A DNA stretch of 63,419 nucleotides, filler included, from Reclinomonas americana ATCC 50394 (Eukaryota), in NCBI GenBank assembly GCA_048213135.1. It is 17 parts of 17 records of this genome, joined end to end, with 100 filler letters (N's around TTAATTAATTAA, not from the genome) between each part and the next. Parts side by side here need not be neighbours in the genome. Positions count along the whole stretch, not along the records: positions 43,183 to 53,451 come from AFZH01023448.1; positions 53,552 to 54,935 come from AFZH01023449.1; positions 55,036 to 57,959 come from AFZH01023450.1; positions 58,060 to 60,884 come from AFZH01023451.1; positions 60,985 to 63,419 come from AFZH01023453.1; 12 more parts are not named here. One strand, 5' to 3'. A program made the translations under genes and the position numbers. Positions 50,616 to 62,552 of the stretch are shown in pieces (within the stretch, counting starts at the first letter, position 1; each line of letters opens with the position of its first letter). Under the pieces are notes generated by a model. It worked only from the letters and a program-made list of their open reading frames with translations. It did no database searches and was not told the DNA's origin.

Positions 50616-53386
50616 TCATTCGATGAGGGGCAGTCCGCGGTGCTGCCGCTCTAATACGGTTTCCACGGCGGCCAGCACATCTCCGGCACCATACTCCTTC
50701 TCCCACCTTTCGAGTCGTCGCACGTGTGCCGCCGGCTTCTTCTTCGCCGTGTGGGAGGCGACAAACTGTTGCACATCGGCGCCTGTCAGCGTCTCCGTTC
50801 CCGGCTGACCGAGCAGCGCAAGGTACGCGCGGTAGGCCAACAGCATGTGCGCGCCGTCTTCGATGTGCTCCTCGTCGCTGCGTTCCTCCTCAAGTGCCCA
50901 CAGATTCTGGTACGCCAATGCGAGCTGCATGGCATGTGATGAGTGAGACGGGAAGGAAGTGGCGAGGCAGGTTGGGCGGCACGCACATTCTTGTAAATGG
51001 TGCTGCGGTGGTAGGCCGTGCCGTGGCGGAAAATGTGCGCCAATCCGCGCAGGCGCGTCAGGACCATGTTGCCCACCAGCACCTTGTCGCGCGGCGACAC
51101 CAATTGCGGCAGCAGTGTCAGCAGCTTGCTGGCAAAGTTGTAGTCCTTGGTGGCGTACGAGTCGGCCATCTCATACTCAAACGTCTCCGGTCCGTAGCGC
51201 TGAATGTTGGGCCACGCACTGGACACTTGCAGGCACGGCAACAGGCGCTGAAGGAGGAGCGGGTATGTCAGTTTTTAAAACTCGCCGACCTTGTCAGCAA
51301 TACACACCTCGTTGGCCAGCGGCAGCCACTCGCCAAGCTCCAGGTCCTTCTCGCCGGCCGTCAGCACGCGTTCGGCCACGCCGTAGGCGCCAAAGGGTGT
51401 GGCCAGGTGAAGTCCTTTGGAGGTGAAATCCCTCTCTTGCAGGTTCAGTTGGGGCAACAGGAAAACGCCGTCGGTGAACAAATGCGGGTTGTCGTCGAGG
51501 AACGAGCGCACGGTGCGCCCTTCGTCGTTGCGAATCACATTGACGCCCGGCACAGCGGCCGGCATGGTCAAGTCGGGCATGTACGGTGCGAGTGACTTGC
51601 CGTACCATTCGTAGGTGAGCAGCGACTGATCAATGAGGCGCACATCCGGTCGCACGCCCTCGGAGAATTGCACATCTGTGTCCTTGCGCGGTGAGATCAA
51701 TGATGCAAGGCATGATGTGCGACAGCCACACGCAACATCGCACGGCATTGGTCCACTGATCGCCAAACAAGAACACGGTGGCTTTTGGCGGCAACGACTC
51801 CAGCGCCTGTCGCGACACGTCGCGCAAGAACGTGTTGCGCGACTCGTTGCAGTGCTGCGAGTTGTGCGCCACCAGCGCGACAAGGGCCACCACACACGCC
51901 ACACGCACGGCAATGCGCACCGGCGACGGCAGAGCACACCGTCGACTCCTTCGCTGCTGCGTTTGCGATCCCACATCGTGAGCCGCACAGTGTTTGCCAC
52001 CGCTCGGCGGTGGCTGAGGAGCGAGAGCGGATGCAGTGAAGTGTCCAGTCAGTTCATGCAGTCCGACCGCAGCCAGCGCACACACGACCATGTTTGGCTG
52101 CATGGAGAAACGATCGGCAATCGCTGGTATACCAGAAACAGGAACGATCAGCGTCGCTCTCTCTCTCTCTCTTTCGCTCAAACTGCAAGTGCATACGCAC
52201 CACGAAAGAGCGGCTCGTGGACGCGCAAGTTGGCGAGAGAATGGAACGCCAGCAGGTAGAATCCGAGCGACGCCAACAGCGGAGTCGCCGACGGACAGCG
52301 GGAGCGCAGCAGACGGAAGCCACCGAAGATGGCCAGCAGCAGCGAAACGCCAAACGTCGACACCGTCACATCGCGCACGTAGCGGAACACGCCTGTGCAT
52401 GCAACGCAGGGGTGTAAGGAAGATCACAGATGATGGTAGGGAGAGAGAGAGAGAGAGGCGTACCACCAATGAGATCGGCGCCACCACCAATCTGCTCACT
52501 GCCGAGCGCAAATGTGCCGTACTCGCGTCGCAGCAGGTGTGTCAGGAAGCCGCTGACGGTCGTGAAATCACCCCACGTGTGCATCGGCTGGCTGTGCGCA
52601 GTCCACGGCAGGTACGCGTACGGCAGCAGCCCAAGCACGAACAAGGCTGCGAGTTGCACCAACGGCAGCTGCCGCAGCTGCCGTCGCAGCGTCCACAGCA
52701 CCCACACGGCAATCGGAATCACGAAAAACACCAGCGTGTGCTGATTGGCGAGCCCGAGACCACACAGCAAGGCGCCGAGTCGCGCCCGATTCACCGTCGG
52801 CTGCCGAGCAAACGACACTCCCACCAGAAAGATCGCCGCGACAAACACATTATTCAGCGGGAACACCTCCAACGACGTGGCCTGCCACCACGTGAGCCGA
52901 TCAAACGCAAAGAAGCCGGCACCGACCACCGACGCCACCGCATCGCCGTCGGTGAGTCGCCAACACAACAGCAGCAGCAGCGTGGCAGCCGCAGCAGCCA
53001 GCAGCGCCGACATGACATTGAGCAGATAGGCCGCATTACCAGCGCCACCGCCAAGGCACCACAACCACACACGACCCGTGATCACCAAGAGCGGATAGCC
53101 GGGCGGATGCGCGACACCGCCTGCATCAATCGTCACCGCCAATTCACCACTGTCGCCTACACACGCACAATGAATGATTAGCGATGCTTCATTCACCTCT
53201 CTGCTCTTCTCTCTCCTCACCTGGGCCGACACTCGGATACACATGCGTCACATACACCACTGCGCAGACAACTCCAAATGTCACTGCAATCACCCACTGA
53301 GTGAGCGCGCTGCTCTTCTCCCCGCTCTCCGCAGGCGCCTGCGAGGAGGAGGCCGCAGCAGCAGCCACGGCGGCAGGTCGGCGCAT
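50616..53386 (-). CDS. TMEM260: TMEM260/DUF2723-family protein, paralogue 2
   Basis: PGGDSGELAV...GGVAHPPGYPL, EVFPLNNVF, ANQHTLV, LGLLPYAYLP, TWGDFTT..GFLTHLLRREYGTFAL, RFSMQPN, LPPKATVFLFGDQWTNAVRYVQ and IDQSLLTYEWY. Confidence 0.92.
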
Positions 53387-54530
53387 CGCCGGCACTTGAA
53401 CACAAAAGTGACGTCATCCGCGTGCATTTTCCACTCCCACTTCGGGGGCTANNNNNNNNNNNNNNNNNNNNNNNNNNNNNNNNNNNNNNNNNNNNTTAAT
53501 TAATTAANNNNNNNNNNNNNNNNNNNNNNNNNNNNNNNNNNNNNNNNNNNNGTGCATGGTGGGATGCGGGAGTCCGTCAGTGAGACAGAGCAGATGTCTC
53601 TCCACCCTCCATTCTTTGCTCACATTGCACCGACATGCAGACACCATGGAAATATGTGCTTGCCGTTGGCCGTGACAATGAACGGTGTTCTGTGCATTGC
53701 CCATGGCCGGCTTACACCCACTCACTCGGCTCCCCACCACCGAGCAGCACCTGATCAACACGCGTTTCGTCAAGATGCAAGCCAAGGGATGCTTCTGTAC
53801 ACACTACCATCCTGGCAAGGGAGAGAGAGAGAGGAGAGTCAGCATGCAGGCACGCCACCTCACACACTCCGTTATATATCGGGGTGCTCACCAAGATGGG
53901 CTGGCAGGATGGCAGTCGGAACACGGTGAGCGGACCAGCATGTTCGGCCTTCAGCGTGTGCGGCAAGGAGGCGGATTACTGGGGAATCAGATGAGCGCAC
54001 AAAGGCAGGGAGACGGTGGAGAAAGAGAAAGAGAGAGATTCAGCACGGGACAGAGAAGAAGAGAGCAGAATGACATGCATTCTTCAGAGCCGGAAAGAGA
54101 ATGTCCGCGGCGCACAGGCACAATGGGAGGAAGAAAAGTGGCACCAAGAAGGTGAATCAAGATGCGAGAAAACAATCATCGGTGACTCGCTCTACTGAGG
54201 CACGTACATGGGCGACGAAAGATGCACGCACAACAGACATCACGAAAAGACAAATTGACACACCAGATTGCCAAGCAATCCATCGCGCTAGCACACACAA
54301 ACTGAGGTGAAAAAGAGACACACACACAGAGGGAGACATGCTTCACGCCCACACTCACGTTCGCATGACAGGGCAACAAGCACGGTGAGCAATACTGCAT
54401 CATCAACGACCTCTGTCTTCCTCTCTTCCTCCACCTGCATCCCGCATGATTCACCCACTCTCCCTCGCAAGACACGAAAAAACAACTCACAATCACCAGC
54501 AGCCACCTTCCCTTCCTCCGACTTACCAAC

Positions 54531-55394
54531 TCAGCATCGGAAAAGGACGACCTCGGCATCCTCGACGATGAAACAGCGCAGAACCAGCTCGGGAAGGCAT
54601 CGTGAGTCTACCTCTTCCTCCTGCATCTCCTGCACGGCATGCATGGCCGAGCGTGCGGCGTCGAGTTCGAAGTGAGCAAGCCCACGCGGCGTGGACCACA
54701 CTCGCACCGTCTTGTCTTTGCCACCCGCGCTTACAATGTGCTGGCCATCGGGAGAGATGGCCACAGACGACACCCATCCAGTGTGCCCATCCAACCGTCG
54801 CACTTCTTCGCCACTTGCCAGAGACCATACCCGCACGGTGCTGTCCTCGCTCCCACTCACGACATGCTGGCCATTGGAGGTGATGGTGACAGACGACACC
54901 CATCCAGTGTGTCCTTCTAGTCGTCGCACCTCCTTNNNNNNNNNNNNNNNNNNNNNNNNNNNNNNNNNNNNNNNNNNNNTTAATTAATTAANNNNNNNNN
55001 NNNNNNNNNNNNNNNNNNNNNNNNNNNNNNNNNNNTGACCACACACGTGCGGTGCAGTCTCCACTTCCACTCACGATGTGCTGGCCATCAGGGGTGACGG
55101 CGACAGAGAACACCGAACCAGTGTGTCCATCCAGTCGTCGCACTTCTTCTCCGCTCGCCAGAGACCACACCCGGATAGTGCCGTCGTCACATCCACCAAC
55201 AATGTGCTTGCCACTGGGAGTGACGGCGACGGATCGCACCGCAGTCGCGAGACTAATGATCTGTGTCGATCACTCGCAGTGAGACGCACACGCTCAGCAA
55301 CACAAACAACAACCGCACACACGCACGAGCACACGAATGCATGCACAGACACCAACCACGCAAAGTGCGCAGACATTCACACCTTTGTTGCCAT
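54531..55394 (-). CDS. WD40-repeat protein, array copy A (gap in repeats)
   Basis: Micro-exon MATK (55394-55383), GTGTGA...CACAG intron, exon 2 from 55260 (IISLATAVRSVAVTPSG...), tail ...LPELVLRCFIVEDAEVVLFRC*. Confidence 0.88.
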
Positions 55395-57751
55395 TCTCCG
55401 TGTGTGTATTTGTGTGTGCCTTGTGTTGCTCGCTCACCATTGTCACCATTTCCCGCCTTTCTTCTCCCACCTTGCTCTGAGACGTCGTTCATCCCTCGCC
55501 AGGCTACAGCCAGTACTAGTACGCTACACAACATACAGCAGTTTGAGAGCAATGTGGCTTCGTTGATGCGTGCGGGCTTTCGAAGACCGACACTGGACTC
55601 GTCGATGAGAAATCGACAGAATGGACATGCAGGCGGTGGTGGCTCGAGGTGGCGCTCCACTGCATCGCGCTGCTGTCCAGCGACACTCTCTTTCGACTGA
55701 CCTGCATCATTTCTCAACGAGGACTGGCATGTCGGATTGCTTGTATACGCAGTTGTGGCCCTGGTGTGCTGATGCCACGGCACACCCGAGAATCCATGGG
55801 TCTTCGAAACCTCAAGCCTCCTTGGATCGGCCCACAGCGAAGCTGACGAGGTGCACGTCATGATGGTACGACGAAGAGGGAGAGTCACAAGGAACAAGAG
55901 AGGAACGACCAGCACAGCAGCACAGCGATGGAAGTGGCAGCTGTGTCGTGAGACTCGCCTCCTCCCACCCAAATCACAATCAATGCTTCGCGCCTTCAAT
56001 CACACTCACAATCGGTCGGTGCATTGTCTCATGCATGCACTGTGTGGCACGGAACCACGTGTCTTCGCATGCCAGTGACGAGTCATGATCACTTGCCAGC
56101 GTAGCTATAGCTAGCACGCCTGTCACACAGAATTGAGTTAGTCAATCTCCAAGTCTCACCAACTTGCTCCTCAACGCACGTGTAGAACACACACGCACCA
56201 GGCCACGCGCGCGTCTGCAGTCTCCCATGGCCATCACCATCATTATTGGCGGCGACAGCAGCAACCAAGAAGCGCACATCATCGATCCGCTCTGACTTGC
56301 CAACCGGGATCGAGAACGATCCACCGACCAGGCCACCCATCGGGAAACACGACACGCATGTGTCCAGCCATGAGTAGATTGCCGAGCACGCGTCTGCAGT
56401 CTTCCATGGCCACCACCATCGTCACTCGGCAGAGACGGCGGCAGCCAAGGTGCGCACATCATCGATCCACTCCGACTCGAGAGCCGGGATTGAAAACGAT
56501 CCACCGACCAGGCCATCCATCGCACATCACGGCACGCAAAGATAACAAAACACTTCATTCACCACATTCCAATAATGCGATAAACGCCCACAAATCCCTT
56601 GCCGACAATGACCTTGGCACACCAACAATAAACAAACACATAATTGCGTACATCCACCCAGCCACGCTCTCCATGACTTGCACGGCCTGCATGAATGAAG
56701 TGAGTGGGAGAGAAGGAAGAGAGAGAGATCACGAAGAACATGGCCACACAACTGCTGAGTGCATGGTGGGATGCGAGTGGGGAGCCGAGTGAGTGAGGTG
56801 ACAGCCGGTAGCGGGCGATGCACAGCACGCCTGCAATCATTACGGAACAACGAGGGGGACCTGCCCCTAATTGTCTGCATGTCGGTACACTGTGAGCGAA
56901 GAATGGAGGAAGGAGAGAGAAATCGATATCTGCTCTGTCTCACCAGACAAACACACCGATCAGCACCTGTAACCAATACGCGTTTGATAAGAGGCAAGCC
57001 AAGGGATGCTCTATACACAGAAACCATCTCGGCAAGGGAGAGAGAGAGAGAGAGAGAGAGATTAGAGTCAGCATGCAGTCAGGCCATCTCACACACTTCG
57101 GTATCGGGATGCTCACCATGATGGACTGGCAGGATGGCAATCGGAACACGGTGAGCGGACCAGCAGCTCGACCTCGAGCGTGCGGCAAGGAGGGGCGGAT
57201 TTCTGGGAAATCAGATGAGCGCACAAAGGAGGGAGACGGTGGAGAAAGAGATAGACTCTGCAGGAGGCAGGAAAAAGAGAGCTGAAAGACAGGCATTCTT
57301 CGCAGTCGGAAGGAGAATGTCCGCAGCGCACAGGCACACCGGGAAGCAGAGTATGGCGGTGCCAAGGTGGTGCGAAAAACAAGACGCGAGGGAAACAGAC
57401 AACGGTGACTCGCTCTCATGAGGCACGTATATCATGATCAGCGACGAAAGATGCACGCACAACAGACTTTACGACGAGACGAAAAAGAAATCACAGACTC
57501 CAAGTGATTCATCGCACACACACAAATTGAGGTGAGAAAGAGACACGCATGCAGAGGGAGACATGTTTCACGCCCGCACAATCACATTCATACGGCAGCG
57601 CAACAAACACAGAGAACAATTCTGCATCATCCACGTCGACTTCTCTTTCCCCTGTCGTCCTTCTATTCCCCCACCCGCACCCCCGCGCAAGACACGAAAA
57701 AACAACTCACAATCACCAGCAGCCATATCTCTCTCCCTTCGACTCACCTTC

Positions 57752-58223
57752 TCAGCACCGGAAAGAGACGACCTCGGCATCCTCGACGATAAAGCAGCGC
57801 AGAACCAGCTCGGGAAGGCATCGTGAATTTCCCTTCTCCTCTTGCATCTCCTGCACGGCATGCATGGCCGACCGCGCGGAGTCGAGTTCGAAGTGAGCAA
57901 GACCACGCGGCGTGGACCACACTCGCACGGTCTCGTCGTGGCCACCCGCACTCACAATGNNNNNNNNNNNNNNNNNNNNNNNNNNNNNNNNNNNNNNNNN
58001 NNNTTAATTAATTAANNNNNNNNNNNNNNNNNNNNNNNNNNNNNNNNNNNNNNNNNNNNCGTCGATCATTCGCGGTGAGACGCACGTGCAGAGGCATTCA
58101 AAGACACGCACAACAACACAAAGAACAACAACTGCACATGTACACGATGCACAAGCACACGAATGCACGCACAGACACCAAACGCGCAAAAGCGCGCACA
58201 CACATTCCCACCTTTGTTGTCAT
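57752..58223 (-). CDS. WD40-repeat protein, array copy B (repeats almost entirely in gap)
   Basis: Micro-exon MTTK (58223-58212); last repeat half and conserved tail at 57959-57752. Confidence 0.8.
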
Positions 58224-60218
58224 TCTCCGTGTGTGTTGTGTGTGAGTAGAGTGTGTGATTTGCTCGCTCAGGATTGTCACCGTTCTTCTCCCGCCTTGCT
58301 CTGAGACGTCGTTCATCCCTCGCCAGGCTGTAGCCAGCACCTCACGCATCATGCGGTAGTGTGAGAGCAATGAGGCTCCGATGATGCGTGTGGGCTTTTG
58401 AAGACCGTGGGACTCGTCGATGCGAAATCGGCAGAATGGACATGCAAGGTGGTGGTGGTGACACGAGGTTGGCGCTCCATTGCATCGAGACCGGCCAGCA
58501 TTCTCTGTCAACGAGGACAGGAATGTCGGGCTGCTTGGATACGCAGCTGTGGCCCTGTTGTGCTGATGCCACGGCACACCCGAGAACCCATTGAGCGCCG
58601 AGTCATCGAAACCTCACACCTCCTTGAACCAGCCCACGGCAAGGTTGATGATGGTACAAGGAAGAAAGAGAGCCACGCGGAGCAATAGAGGAGCGACCAG
58701 CACAGCAGCTCAGCGATGGACGAGGCAGCTGTGTCGTGAGACTCGCCTCCTCTCACCCAAGTCACAATCAATGCCTCGTGCGCGCGTGCCTTCAATCACA
58801 CTCACAGTCTGTCGGTGAATCGTCTCGCGCATGCACTGTGAGGCATGGAACCACGTGTCATCGAATGCCAGTCACTTGCCAGCACGCCTGTGCTACGATC
58901 ACCACACAGAACTGCGTCAGTAAATCTTCAAGTCTCACCAACTTGTTCCTCAATGCAGATACAGAACACGCACGCACCTTGTGTTGCAGGCCAAGCACAT
59001 GCCTGCAGTCTCCTGTGGCCACCACCATGGTCACTCGGCAGTGAGAGCGACATGTACAACCGAGGTGCGCACACCATCGATCTGCTCCGACTCGCCAGCC
59101 GGGATTGAAAACGATCAACCGACCAGGCCACAATCGCACATCACATCACGACACACATGTGTACACCCACTAATCCACGAACTCCATAACCTGCACGGCC
59201 TGCATGAATGAGGTGAGTGGGAGGGAAAGAGGAAAGAAAGATCACGCCGAACAAGGTCACACACCTGCTTCGTGCATTGGTGGGATGCGAGTAGGGAGCC
59301 GAGTGAGTGGGGTGACAGCCGGTAGCGGGCGATGCACAGCACGCCTGTCATCGTCACGGCCGATGAAGAACACGTGTTTCCAAGGTGTCTGCATGTCGGT
59401 GCGCAGTGAGCAAAAGGAATGGAGGAAGGAGAGAGAAATCTGCTGCTCTGTCTCAATGACGAACACACCGATCAGCACCTGATACCAACACGCGTTTGGG
59501 CAAGAAGCAAGGCGAGGGATGCTCACACATCCATCCTGCAAAGGAGAGGGAGAGAAGAATCAGCATGCAGTCAGGCAATCTCACACACTTCGGCATCGGG
59601 AAGCTCACCATGATAGACTGGCAGGACGGCAGTCGGTGCATCTTGAGCAGACCAGAATGCTCGGCGTTGAGCGAGTGCGGAAAACAGGGGTGGATGGCTG
59701 GGGAAGCAGATAAGCGCACGAAGGAGGGAGACGGCGGAGAAAGAGAGAGGTTTGGCACGGGACAGAGAAAGGGGGGACGGAATGACATGCATTCTTCAGA
59801 ACTGGAATGATAATGTCCGCGGCGTGCGTGCACTATCGGACTCAGAGTGGTGGAGCAAAACAAGACGCGAGAAAACAAACATCGGTGACCCGCTCTCCTG
59901 AGGCACATATATGCACGACTGAAGATGCACGCACAACAAACACAAAATAGACACAACAGACTACCAAGTGATTCATCGCACTTGCACACACAAACTGAGG
60001 TGAGAAAGAGACACGCACACAGAGGGAGACTTGCTTCACGCCCGCACAATCACATTCACGTGTACATGACAGGGCAACAAGCACGGGAGAACAATTCTTC
60101 ATCAACGACCTCTCTCTCTTCCCCCACCTGCATCCCACACGATCACCCACTCTCTCTCGTGCGACACGAAAACAACTCACATTCTCCAGCAGCCACCTTC
60201 TCCCTTCGACTCACCGAC

Positions 60219-60884
60219 TCAGCACCGGAAAGAGACGACCTCGGCATCTTCGACGATGAAACAGCGCAGAACCAGCTCGGGAAGACAGCGCGAATCTTCT
60301 TCCTCCTGCATTTCCTGCACAACCTGCATGGCCAAGCGCGCAGCGTCGAGTTCGAGACGAGCAAGGCCACGCGGTGTAGACCACACTCTCACGGTCTTGT
60401 CGTAGCCACCCGCACTGACAATGTGCTGACCATCGCGAGAGACGGCAACAGATATCACCAGGTGCGTGTGTCCCTCCAACCGCCGCACCTCCTCGCCACT
60501 CTCCAGAGACCATACCCGCACGCTGCTGTCCTCGCTCCCACTCACGACATGCTGGCCATTGGAGGTGATGGTGACGCAATACACCAATCCAGTGTGTCCT
60601 TCTAGTCGTCGCACTTCTTCTCCACTCGTCAATGACCACACTCTCACCGTTTTGTCCCTACTGCCACTCACGACGTGTTGACCGTCTGGAGTAACAGCGA
60701 CTGAAATCACCCAGTCACTGTGTCCCTCCAACCGCCGCACTTCTTCGCCGCTCGCCAGTGAAAACACCCGCACGGTGCGATCCGCACTTCCACTAACAAC
60801 GTGCTGACCATCAGGGGTGACGGTGACAGAGTATACCCAGTTAGTGTGTCCTTCCATCCGTCGCACCTCCTCGCCACTCTCCAG
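60219..60884 (-). CDS. WD40-repeat protein, array copy C (last 4 repeats + tail)
   Basis: Four 42-43-aa GH...W repeats and the same C-terminal tail. Confidence 0.9.
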   Translation of the reverse strand: MESGEEVRRMEGHTNWVYSVTVTPDGQHVVSGSADRTVRVFSLASGEEVRRLEGHSDWVISVAVTPDGQHVVSGSRDKTVRVWSLTSGEEVRRLEGHTGLVYCVTITSNGQHVVSGSEDSSVRVWSLESGEEVRRLEGHTHLVISVAVSRDGQHIVSAGGYDKTVRVWSTPRGLARLELDAARLAMQVVQEMQEEEDSRCLPELVLRCFIVEDAEVVSFRC

Positions 60885-61397
60885 NNNNNNNNNNNNNNNN
60901 NNNNNNNNNNNNNNNNNNNNNNNNNNNNTTAATTAATTAANNNNNNNNNNNNNNNNNNNNNNNNNNNNNNNNNNNNNNNNNNNNAAGCAGAGCAGTGATG
61001 CCAAAGTGGTGCGCAAAAGAAGACGCGAAAAAATAGACAACGGCGACTCGCTCTCCTGAGGCACATTCATGGGCGACGGAAGATGCACGCACAACACAAC
61101 GAGACAAAAAGACACAACAGCCTCCCAAGTGATTCATAGCGCTCGCACACACAAACAGAGGTGAGAAAGAGACACGCACACAGAGAGAGACATGCTTCAC
61201 GACCGTACACTCCCATTCACATGACAGGGCAACAAGCACGAGAGAACAATTCATCATCAACAACGAACTCTCCTCCTCTGTCATCCTCTCGTCCCCCACC
61301 TGCAATTCACGATCACCCACTCCAGATCTCCCTCGCAAGACACGAACCAACTCACATTCTCCAGCAGCCACCTTCTCCCTCCCCTCGACTCACCACC

Positions 61398-62552
61398 TCA
61401 GCACCGGAAAAGGACAACCTCGGCATCCTCGACGATGAAGCAGCGCAGAACCAGCTCGGGAAGACATCGTGAATCTTCCTCTTCCTCCTGCATCTCCTGC
61501 ACAGCTTGCATGGCCAAGCGCGCGGCGTCGAGTTCGAAACGAGCAAGGCCACGCGGTGTGGACCACACTCGCACGGTCTCGTCGTAGCCACCCGCGCTTA
61601 CTATGTGGAGACCATCGGGAGAGACGGCGACAGACCGCACCGTGTCGGTGTGTCCCTCCAACCGTCGCACCTCCTCTCCACTCGCCAGAGACCATACCCG
61701 CACGGTGCGGTCTCCACTCCCGCTCACGATATGCTGACAATCCGGAGTGACGGTGACGCAATACACCAATCCAGTGTGTCCCTCCAACCGTCGCACTTCT
61801 TCTCCACTCGTCAGTGACCACACCCGCACGGTGCGATCCGCACTTCCACTAACAACGTGCTGACCATCAGGGGTGACGACGACAGAGTATACCCAGTCAG
61901 CGTGTCCTTCCAGCCGTCGCACTTCCTCCCCGCTCGCCAGCAACCATACCCGCACGGTGTTGTCGAAACTGCCGCTCACAATGTGGTGACCATCGGGGGT
62001 GACTGCGACAGACCGCACCATGTCGGTGTGTCCCTCCAGCCGTCGCAGCTCTTCCCCACTTGCCAGAGACCACACTCGCACTGTGTTGTCTCCATCCCCA
62101 CACACAACGTGCTGACCATCGGGAGTGACAGCAACAGACATCACCCATCCAGTGTGTCCCTCCAGCCGCAGCACCTCCTCGCCACTCTCCAGCGACCACA
62201 CACGCACGTTACAGTCTCCATCCCCACTCACAATGTGCAGGCCATCGGGAGTGACGGCGACAGACCACACCTCGCTAGCGCGTCCCCCCAGCCGTCGCAC
62301 TTCTTCTCCACTCGCCAAAGACCACACTCGAACGGAGCTGTCCAAGCACCCACCGACAATGTGCTTGCCGTCGGGAGTGACAGCGACGGACCGCACCGAA
62401 GAAGCGAGACTCTGAATGATCTGTGCCGATCACTCGCGATGAGGCACACAAACACACAAACGACAACCACACACATGCACAAGCACACCAATGAACACAC
62501 AGACACCAACCACGCAAAAGTGCGCATACATTCACACCTTCTTGGTTGTCAT
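61398..62552 (-). CDS. WD40-repeat protein, array copy D (complete, 345 aa, 7 blades + tail)
   Basis: Exon 1 is 62552-62538 (MTTKK) and exon 2 is 62420-61398. Seven repeats follow the consensus EEVRRLEGHTxxVxSVAVTPDGQHVVSGSxDxTVRVWSLASG. Confidence 0.93.

Noticed and set aside
55400..56760. ORFs in the conserved spacers of the WD40 array (possible partner or NACHT gene)
   Set aside because: Frames are not preserved between the three spacer copies (frequent non-triplet indels), and I saw no P-loop or other motif.
7228..60984. Regularly recurring TTAATTAATTAA flanked by Ns, superficially a repeat array
   Set aside because: It is an artificial all-frame-stop contig linker of fixed 100-nt length.
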